Assembly: GCA_046331705.1 (NCBI GenBank) | Contig: JAXLQJ010000003.1 | Coordinates: 214,897 to 278,896 of the forward strand | Source of the DNA: a bacterium | Lineage (GTDB): Bacteria > JADJOY01 | Reading direction: 5' to 3' | Length of the DNA stretch: 64,000 nucleotides | In this document: piece by piece, positions 34,535 to 42,151 of the stretch | Layout of the letters: each line of letters begins with the position of its first letter | Position numbering within the stretch: the first letter of the stretch is position 1 | Position numbers and translations under genes: made by a program | The notes under the pieces: generated by a model | Database searches by the model: none | The model's input: only the letters and a program-made list of their open reading frames with translations | Told to the model about the DNA's origin: nothing

Positions 34535-37435
34535 ATGGATCGGATGCTCCCGGCACGGGTGTCTCCTGCGTCGCGCTCGCTCGTCGTGATCTTCATCGCG
34601 CTCGCGGTGCTCTGCTGCACGAGCGCATGCGGCGGCGACAGCGGCGGCTCGAGCGCGGCGGATGCGCGCGTCGCCGACCTCGCGAGCGCCGGCGGCAACG
34701 GTCCGCGCGCCGTCTATCTGCCGGTGAGCAAGAAGGCGCTCAACTTTCCCTTCCCGCACGATGCGTTCACCCTCGTCGATCCATCCACGCCGAGCGGGCG
34801 CCGCCTCAACCTGCCACTCGAGGGCGATACGGCCCTCGAGATCCGCATTCGCGAGCTGCTGAACGCCCAGGATGGTTTCGATCCGCTCACACCGATGCAG
34901 CTCAGCTTCGACGAGCCCGTGGATCTCGCCACGCTGGCGGTGAACCGCGACGCCGACCCGACCAACGACACCGTCTTCGTCCTCAACGTCGATCCACGCA
35001 GCCCGCGCTTCGGCGAGCGCGTCGCGATGGATCTCGGCCAGGGCAATTACCCGATCGAACGACCGCCGCGCAGCTACTTCCCGAACGATCCCCTGAAGGA
35101 CGTGGGGCAATACGAGTTCCCCGCGGACAATCGCGAGGACTTCTACGAGGACCGCAGCGACACGTTCATCATGCGGCCGATCGCGCCGCTCGCGCCGTCG
35201 AGCACCCACGCGGTGATCTTCACCCGCGGCGTGCGCGGCGAGGACGGCGAGCCGCTGCGCTCACCGCACGCCCCGCACGTGGCCCTCGACAGCCAATACG
35301 CCGACCTCGACCGAGCGCTGCCGATCCTCGCTGGACTCGGCGTCGACCCCAGCGACATCGCCTACGCTTACACCTTCACCACCGGCACGCCCACCCACGA
35401 GCTCGAGCAGGTGGAGTCGGGACTGATGCGCGGCGAAGGTCCGCTCGGCTACCTGCGCGACCGCTTTCCGGTGAACCTCACGTTGCTGCCGTTCTCGAAG
35501 CAGCCCGGTGACGATTTCCTCGACTACCAGGGCAACGACCAGCTCCTCGACCCGCCCATCGTGAAGCTGGTGGCGAACATCGCCATCCCGCTCTTCGGCG
35601 GAGGCTCGGGCGATCTCATCCAGGCGGCCATCGACCAGCTCTCCGATCTCACCAGCATCCGCTACTTCGTCCAGGGCACTTATCGAAGCCCGTTCTTCCT
35701 GGGCAACGCCGACGTCGCGTTCCAGCCCGAGGAGATCTCGGGCGAACGCGAGCTGCGCGCCGATCAGACCGACGACGTGCCGTGGTTCCTCGCGGTGCCC
35801 AAGCCCACCGAGCGCAACGGCTTCGCCCAGCCGCCGTACCCGGTGTGCATCTTCCAGCACCCCAACTCCACGAGCCGCCTGATCGCGCTGGCGATCTCGA
35901 GCGTGCTCTCGGATTTCGGCTTCGCCACCATCGGCATCGACGCCGCCGAGAACGGGCCCATCGCGCCTTACGCCACCGATCAGCTGCTCGAGCTCATCAC
36001 CAGCGGTGACACCTCGAGCGTGCCGCTCGCCGGCCTCCTCGGGATCATCCTGGACGGCGTCGGCAACGCCGCCGAGGGCATCGCGTTCGTGGACGTGTTC
36101 GCCGGCACCGGCCGGACACCCGACATCGACTTCAACGGCGACGGACAGATCTCCTCGGGCGAGGAGACGTACACCGGTGACATTCCCACGGTCCGAGACG
36201 TGTTTCGCCAGACGGTGGTGGACTCGTTGCAGCTCACGCGAATCCTGCGCTCGTTCGGCCAGGACCGCAACCACAACGGCAAGCTCGACCCCGACGAGGG
36301 CGACTTCGACGGCGACGGCATCGTCGACGTGGGCGGAGCGAACGCCGAGCTGGTGGCAGGCGCCGAATCGCTCGGCACGTTCATGACGTCGCCCTTCCTG
36401 GCGATCAGCCGCGACGTGGATCGGGCTGCGCTCAACGTGCCCGGCGGTGGCGCCATCGATTTCGTCTCGCGGATCGACTTCTCGGTGGTGAATCAGCTCT
36501 TCGTGCAGCTCTTCGGCCCGGCCGTGGTGGGCCGTCCGTCGAAGTCGGGCGGCGGCATCGATCTCACGCTGATCAACGACACCGGCGACGAGCGCTCGGC
36601 AGCACGCGTCGGCCCCGTCGCGATACCGCCCGGCACGGTGGTGCGGCTCGTCAACCTGGACAAGCCCGACCTGGCGCCGCGCACCGTGGACGCGAACGCC
36701 GACGGCACCTTCATGATCACCTTCCCCGCCGATCCCGGGAACCGCCTCGAGGTCTCGTTCAGCGGCCCCACCGGCGAATCGCTGGGCTTGCCGAGTTACC
36801 GCTTCACCAGCGAGCGGCAGGGGTTCGGCGTGTTGCGCAACACCCCCTCGCTGCGCACCTTCGCCACCATCACCCAAACGCTCTTCGGCTCCGGCGACGG
36901 CGCCAACTACGCCACCCATTGGACCGGCGATCCGCTTCCCGGCCGCAATCCCAAGCAGGCGCTCATCCAGCTCGATCCCGCGGACTTCACGGTGCCCACC
37001 TCGACCGGGCTCACGCTGGCGCGGGCGGCCAACCTGATCAGCCCCGAGCGCATGGCGGACCTCGTCTCCAAGAACGTGGCCGTGGGCACCATCCCCGAGC
37101 TGGGGATCCACATGAAGATCCCCGAGCTGCCGCTCGCCGCCGGCAACGAGTCCGAATATCCAGGCCTCGACTACGACCTCACGCGCACCTTCCCGTTCGA
37201 GAACCGCGTTCCTGGCTCGGGGCTGGCGCTCCATCTGGCCGACAACCACGAGTACCTCTTCGCCGCGAGCCAGGGCGAGAGCGGTCCCGTGGGCGCCTGG
37301 CTCACGATCGCCGCCCAGGCGCAGATCGGCATCTTCCTGGAGCGCGGCGAGGTGGTGATCCCCTTCCGCGATCTCATCGACGAGCTGCGCGCCAAGGGAC
37401 GCGACATCCCGCGAATCCCGGGCGTCGACCCCTGA
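34535..37435 (+). CDS. Large secreted protein of unknown function (966 aa)
   Basis: Signal peptide MDRMLPARVSPASRSLVVIFIALAVLCCTSAC. Several DxDGDG / DPDEGDFDGDG calcium-binding-like motifs. No catalytic family recognised. Confidence 0.7.
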   Translation: MDRMLPARVSPASRSLVVIFIALAVLCCTSACGGDSGGSSAADARVADLASAGGNGPRAVYLPVSKKALNFPFPHDAFTLVDPSTPSGRRLNLPLEGDTALEIRIRELLNAQDGFDPLTPMQLSFDEPVDLATLAVNRDADPTNDTVFVLNVDPRSPRFGERVAMDLGQGNYPIERPPRSYFPNDPLKDVGQYEFPADNREDFYEDRSDTFIMRPIAPLAPSSTHAVIFTRGVRGEDGEPLRSPHAPHVALDSQYADLDRALPILAGLGVDPSDIAYAYTFTTGTPTHELEQVESGLMRGEGPLGYLRDRFPVNLTLLPFSKQPGDDFLDYQGNDQLLDPPIVKLVANIAIPLFGGGSGDLIQAAIDQLSDLTSIRYFVQGTYRSPFFLGNADVAFQPEEISGERELRADQTDDVPWFLAVPKPTERNGFAQPPYPVCIFQHPNSTSRLIALAISSVLSDFGFATIGIDAAENGPIAPYATDQLLELITSGDTSSVPLAGLLGIILDGVGNAAEGIAFVDVFAGTGRTPDIDFNGDGQISSGEETYTGDIPTVRDVFRQTVVDSLQLTRILRSFGQDRNHNGKLDPDEGDFDGDGIVDVGGANAELVAGAESLGTFMTSPFLAISRDVDRAALNVPGGGAIDFVSRIDFSVVNQLFVQLFGPAVVGRPSKSGGGIDLTLINDTGDERSAARVGPVAIPPGTVVRLVNLDKPDLAPRTVDANADGTFMITFPADPGNRLEVSFSGPTGESLGLPSYRFTSERQGFGVLRNTPSLRTFATITQTLFGSGDGANYATHWTGDPLPGRNPKQALIQLDPADFTVPTSTGLTLARAANLISPERMADLVSKNVAVGTIPELGIHMKIPELPLAAGNESEYPGLDYDLTRTFPFENRVPGSGLALHLADNHEYLFAASQGESGPVGAWLTIAAQAQIGIFLERGEVVIPFRDLIDELRAKGRDIPRIPGVDP

Positions 37436-37531
37436 CCGCCGCCGCGCGCCGAGTGAAGCTCGCGAGCGGCGCGCGAGCCGGCGGGGCGGATCGCCGAGCT
37501 CGACCGTTCGCGAGGCGCGAAAGCGAGAGCC

Positions 37532-38353
37532 TCACGAACGGATGAAGTCGGCGATCACGCGATAGATCCAACGTCCGCGGCCGTATTCGTAGTCGTGTCC
37601 GCCGTGCGGCACCGCCACGAAGCGCGCGGCGGGGATCGCTCGTGCCACGCGCTCGCCCATCTCGAAGGGGACCACCGGATCGGCGTCGCCGTGGATCACG
37701 AGCGTCGGGACAGCGATCCGGCTCGTCTTCGCCAGCGTGTCGAAGCGATCCCGCAACAACAGCCGCACGGGCAGAAACGGCACCCTCCGCGCCGCGACGT
37801 CCGGAACCGAGGTGAACGGCGCCTGCAGGACGAGCCGCGACGCGAAGCCGCGGGCGGCCATCTCCGCGGCCACACCCGTGCCCAGCGAGAACCCCCATAG
37901 CGCCGTGCGCTCACGCGCGATGCCCTCGCCGGAAAGCCACCGAATCACCGCCGCCGCGTCGGCATAGAGCCCGGGCTCGCTCGGGCGCGCACCCGCCGAG
38001 GCCCCATACCCCCGATACTCCACCAGCACCGCGCCGCAGCCGAGGCTTCGAAGCTCGGCACCGATCGCTTGGTTCCAGCCGACGACCTCGCCGTTGCCGT
38101 GAAACTGCACCACGACCGGCGCCTCGGCATCGGGTGGGTCGAACACGATGGCATGGACCGCAACCCCGTCGTCCGCGACCAGCTCCACACGCCGCGCACC
38201 CACGGCCAACGGGCCGGCGTCCGTCGTCGGTGCGGGAAAGACGAGGCGCCGCGCCCCGACGAACGCGGACACGAGCATCAAGCCGTAGGCGATCGCGCCC
38301 CACCGCAGCACCCGGATGGCGAGGCGCGCGGCGCCGGAACGTTCGTCGGCCAT
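37532..38353 (-). CDS. Alpha/beta hydrolase
   Basis: GFSLG nucleophile elbow (GxSxG). TM-like N-terminus. HGDAD and PHGGHDY motifs. Confidence 0.8.
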   Translation of the reverse strand: MADERSGAARLAIRVLRWGAIAYGLMLVSAFVGARRLVFPAPTTDAGPLAVGARRVELVADDGVAVHAIVFDPPDAEAPVVVQFHGNGEVVGWNQAIGAELRSLGCGAVLVEYRGYGASAGARPSEPGLYADAAAVIRWLSGEGIARERTALWGFSLGTGVAAEMAARGFASRLVLQAPFTSVPDVAARRVPFLPVRLLLRDRFDTLAKTSRIAVPTLVIHGDADPVVPFEMGERVARAIPAARFVAVPHGGHDYEYGRGRWIYRVIADFIRS

Positions 38354-38728
38354 GGGGAGCTCGCGATTCAGACCGGTGCGAACGGATCATCGCGGGCACG
38401 GCGTCAGCCGAGGCAGCGACCGCACGCGCTTCCGAGCACTCGAGACCACCGTCCACCGGCCGAGTATCGGGTCGAGCCCAGGAAGCGTGGGCCGCGCGAC
38501 AACACGCACGACCCAGCGCGCCGCGGAATCGTACCCCGCCGGCGCTTGCTCGACGAGACCGCGCTCCCCGGCGCTCACCCGCGCCGGCGACGCCGTGCGC
38601 GCGGCGCGCGGCGTCGCGCACGGCGGTGGCCCGCCGCGATCTCGATCCGTTCCGCAGGCATTCGGGGCAGTCCGCGTTAGGATCGAGCGACCCCGGCGCG
38701 TGACTCGCTGCACCCATGGTGCTCGCCC

Positions 38729-39352
38729 ATGAAGACGTTGCATCGACCCGATCTCTTCTGTTGGTCCACGTTCGACGAGAGCCGAAACGTCGACTTCCAC
38801 GGCTGGGCCTGGACCCGCGCGGACGGCAACGTCCTCATCGATCCCTTGCCGCTGAGCGCCCACGACGAGGCGCACCTCCGCGAGCTGGGCGGAGCCGCAT
38901 GGGTGGTGGTCACGAACTCCGATCACACGCGCGCGGCGCGCGAGCTCGCGGCACGCTTCGGCGCGGCCCTCGCGGGACCCGCAGCCGAGCGTGACTCGTT
39001 CCCGTTCCCGTGCGATCGCTGGCTCGCCGATGGCGACGAGCTGGTCCCCGGGCTCACCGCGCTCGCGCTCGATGGCTCGAAGACGCCAGGCGAGCTGGCG
39101 CTGCTCATCGAGGACACCACGCTCGTGACCGGCGACCTCGTGCGCGCCCATCGCGGCGGACGGCTGATGCTGCTGCCGGATGCGAAGCTCGCCGACAAGG
39201 CGCGCGCCGTGGCCTCGGTTCGCGCGCTGGTCGCCGATCATCCCGCCATCGATGCGGTGCTGGTCGGCGACGGATGGCCGGTGTTTCGGGACGGGCAGCA
39301 ACGACTTCGCGAGCTGGTGGCGTCGCTGCCACCGCTCGAGGCGCGCTCGTGA
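38729..39352 (+). CDS. MBL-fold metallo-hydrolase
   Basis: VVVTNSDHTRAAREL (HxHxDH-like degenerate motif) and an MBL profile. The stop TGA overlaps the GTG of the next gene. Confidence 0.7.
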   Translation: MKTLHRPDLFCWSTFDESRNVDFHGWAWTRADGNVLIDPLPLSAHDEAHLRELGGAAWVVVTNSDHTRAARELAARFGAALAGPAAERDSFPFPCDRWLADGDELVPGLTALALDGSKTPGELALLIEDTTLVTGDLVRAHRGGRLMLLPDAKLADKARAVASVRALVADHPAIDAVLVGDGWPVFRDGQQRLRELVASLPPLEARS

Positions 39353-40131
39353 AGTGGGGGGATCTCAAGGACGCCTTGGGCAAGCTGGCGGGCGGAGCGC
39401 GGACGCCCGTCACGAACGCGGCGCCTGCCGCCGGCACCGTCGCAAACCTCGACGCGCTGCGCGAGAGACTGCGCGCCAGCGACGAAGGCACCCGGCTCGC
39501 CGCCATCGACGCGCTCGAACGCTTGGCGGCGCTGACGCCGGAGCAACATTGGCCGGTGATCGACCTGCTGGTCGGCTTCGTGCGCGATCGGTGCCCGTAT
39601 CTGGCCGCGGACGCGAGCGCGGGTCCGGCGCGCGACGTCCAGCGCGTGATCCAGGTCATCGGCCAGCGCCGACATGTGGAGTCCGAGCGGCTCCCGCTCG
39701 GACTCTTCCAGGTGGATCTGCGCAACGCCGACTTCAGCGAAGCCCGCCTCGACCGCGCGGATTTCTCGCGTGCTCACCTGGAATCGGCGGACTTCACGGG
39801 CGCCAAGCTCGCCGGCGCCAACTTCCAGGAGAGCTTCCTCGACGACGCCCACTTCATGAACGCGACGCTCACCGGCGCGAATTTCCTGGCCGCGGACTTG
39901 CGTCGGGCGAACTTCACGGGCGCCACGCTGCGCACGGTGCATCTCGAGGAGGCAAGCCTCGAGGAGGCGGTGCTGGTGGGCGTGCGCCTCGACGGCGCGG
40001 TGCTCACGGGCGCCAACCTCGCCGGCGCCCACCTCGAGGGAGCCGATCTGGCCGGCGCCGTGGGACTCACGAGAGAGCAGCTCACCGGCACCACCACCGA
40101 CGCCCGCACGGTGCTGCCTCATCTGGACTGA
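39349..40131 (+). CDS. Pentapeptide-repeat protein
   Basis: About 25 consecutive A(D/N)LxxA(N/D)FxxA pentapeptide repeats (e.g. ADFSEARLDRADFSRAHLESADFTGAKLAGANF...). GTG start in GTGA overlap. Confidence 0.8.
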   Translation: MKWGDLKDALGKLAGGARTPVTNAAPAAGTVANLDALRERLRASDEGTRLAAIDALERLAALTPEQHWPVIDLLVGFVRDRCPYLAADASAGPARDVQRVIQVIGQRRHVESERLPLGLFQVDLRNADFSEARLDRADFSRAHLESADFTGAKLAGANFQESFLDDAHFMNATLTGANFLAADLRRANFTGATLRTVHLEEASLEEAVLVGVRLDGAVLTGANLAGAHLEGADLAGAVGLTREQLTGTTTDARTVLPHLD

Positions 40132-41084
40132 TGCCTTCGGCCGCCCTACCCGCCGAGATCCTGTGGATCGAGCCGCTCTCCCCGAGCTTTCCCCACTCGT
40201 GCAACGCGTACGCGGTCTGGGAGGGCGACGGCACCTGGACGTGGATCGATCCCGGCGCCGCGGGTGACGAGAACCTGGCGCGCACCGAGACCGAGCTCGC
40301 GCGCCTCGGGCTGCCGCTGGCGAAGCTCGGCCGCATCCTCGTCACCCATCCGCACGTGGACCATCTCTCCGCCGCGGGCGCGCTCGCGGCCCGCGGGGTG
40401 CGGGTGCCCGTGCACTGCCACCCCGACGCCGTCGCGTGCGCCCGCGATCTCGCCACCCTGATCGCGAGCTTCGACTTCGACGTGGCGCTCGCGCGGCTGC
40501 CGGACGAACGAGAGCGGACCGAAGCCGTCCTCGAGCGGATGCGCACGATGATCTTCGCGATGCACGCGCCGTTCGTGGCCACCGATCCGCTGCCCACGCT
40601 TCACGACGGCGCGGTGATCGCCACCGGTCCCTTCGAGTGGAGGTGCCTCCACACGCCGGGCCACGCCCCGGGCCACGTCGCCTTCCACGAGCACCGCCAG
40701 GGATTGCTGGTGAGCGGCGACCTGGTCGGCCCGACACTCGCGTGGCACAGCCCGAGCTCGGGCGGCGCCGCCGGCTACCTCGCGAGCTTGGAGCGCTTGC
40801 AAGCGCTCGATCTTCGGGTATTGCTCCCGTCGCACGGCGAGCCCAATCTCGAGCCCACGTCGCACATCACCAAGATGCTGAAGCGCCTCGTCGACCGCGA
40901 AAGCCGCCTCCTCGACGTGCTCGCGCGCGGCACCCGTCGCTACGCCTCGCTCTACGACGAGGTGAACGCCGACCCCGATCACATCCGGCTCTTTCCCCTC
41001 GCCCCCATGCTCGAAGGGCATCTCGAGCGGCTGGCGGCCCTCGGCGAGATCGTCGAGGACGACGGCGTCTTCTCGCGCACATGA
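40131..41084 (+). CDS. MBL-fold metallo-hydrolase
   Basis: THPHVDHLSAAG (HxHxDH motif) and HTPGHAPGH. ATG overlaps the preceding TGA (TGATG). Confidence 0.85.
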   Translation: MPSAALPAEILWIEPLSPSFPHSCNAYAVWEGDGTWTWIDPGAAGDENLARTETELARLGLPLAKLGRILVTHPHVDHLSAAGALAARGVRVPVHCHPDAVACARDLATLIASFDFDVALARLPDERERTEAVLERMRTMIFAMHAPFVATDPLPTLHDGAVIATGPFEWRCLHTPGHAPGHVAFHEHRQGLLVSGDLVGPTLAWHSPSSGGAAGYLASLERLQALDLRVLLPSHGEPNLEPTSHITKMLKRLVDRESRLLDVLARGTRRYASLYDEVNADPDHIRLFPLAPMLEGHLERLAALGEIVEDDGVFSRT

Positions 41085-41974
41085 GCCTCACCCCCCGCGA
41101 ACGCGTGCAGCTCGTGGTGTGGCGCCGCGGCATCGAGCTCGGCTCCGTGGCGCGCACCGCGGCGCGCGGGCTCGAGATGCGCGGGCTCGGCGTCACCACC
41201 CACGCGTACGGACCCCATCGCCTCGAGCAACTCGATCGAATCGCCGCCCCCAGCGCAGCCGGCGACGCACCGATCCTCGTCTACGTCCACGGCGGCGGTT
41301 GGGTGTGCGGCGTGCGCAGCCTCTATCGCTGCGACCTGGCGCCCTTCGCCCGCGCCGGGCACGTGGTGTTCAACCTGGACTATCCGCTGGCGCCCGAAGC
41401 GCCGTTTCCCCGCGCGCTCGAAAGCGTGATCCGCGCCCTCGCGTGGATTCGCGAGCGCGAGCCGGGCGCGGAGCGGGTGGCCCTCGCCGGCGACTCGGCG
41501 GGCGGCAACCTGGTGACGATGGCGGCGGCCGTGCTCACCAATCCGGCGCTCTTCGAGCTCGTCGATCCAGCGCTCGCCGATCTCACGCTGCCTGAGATCG
41601 ACAAGGTCGTGTCGATCTACGGCGTGATGGACCGCTTCACCTGGCTCGAGCACCGCTTTCCAGCGGCGCGGCTCTTCATGACCTGCTACGGCGGCGCCGC
41701 CGCGTACGAGCGTGAGGTCCGGCCCGACAACTGCCTCACCCCGCTCGACCTCACCTTCCAGCACCTGCCGCCGATCTTCGTGGTCGCCGCGGGCAGAGAT
41801 CCGCTCTGCGTGTCGAGCCAGATCTTCCACCAGGCGCTCGCGAGCCGCGGGTTTCCGGTTCGCTACCAGCTCTATCCCGACGAGGCCCACGGCTTCCTCA
41901 ACATGCCGTGGCGCAAGGCGAGCCATCGCCTCAAGCGCGACATGCTCGCTTTCCTCGCGTCCGCTCCAGCCTAG
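41081..41974 (+). CDS. Alpha/beta hydrolase (esterase/lipase, HSL-like)
   Basis: HGGGW oxyanion motif, GDSAGG nucleophile elbow, catalytic His near the C-terminus. ATGA overlap with the upstream gene. Confidence 0.85.
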   Translation: MSLTPRERVQLVVWRRGIELGSVARTAARGLEMRGLGVTTHAYGPHRLEQLDRIAAPSAAGDAPILVYVHGGGWVCGVRSLYRCDLAPFARAGHVVFNLDYPLAPEAPFPRALESVIRALAWIREREPGAERVALAGDSAGGNLVTMAAAVLTNPALFELVDPALADLTLPEIDKVVSIYGVMDRFTWLEHRFPAARLFMTCYGGAAAYEREVRPDNCLTPLDLTFQHLPPIFVVAAGRDPLCVSSQIFHQALASRGFPVRYQLYPDEAHGFLNMPWRKASHRLKRDMLAFLASAPA

Positions 41975-42151
41975 GGCAAGCGTTCTCGCTGCCGCGCGAA
42001 GGGATGGCCGCGGCGAGGCGACGGCGACGCCGCGGCGCAGCGACCGTTCACGAGCGCTTGCGATCGTGAGATGGAGAAACAACCGGGGGCTCGTTTCCGA
42101 GCCCCCGGTCCGTGATTCTCCGTCGGCTGTGCCGAGGATCGTTCGCGCGGG

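Noticed and set aside
39010-40131. 373-aa pentapeptide ORF starting at 39010
   Set aside because: The upstream 113 codons overlap the MBL hydrolase gene in another frame and are Arg/Ala-rich. The pentapeptide repeats begin right after a GTG that forms a GTGA overlap with the MBL stop.
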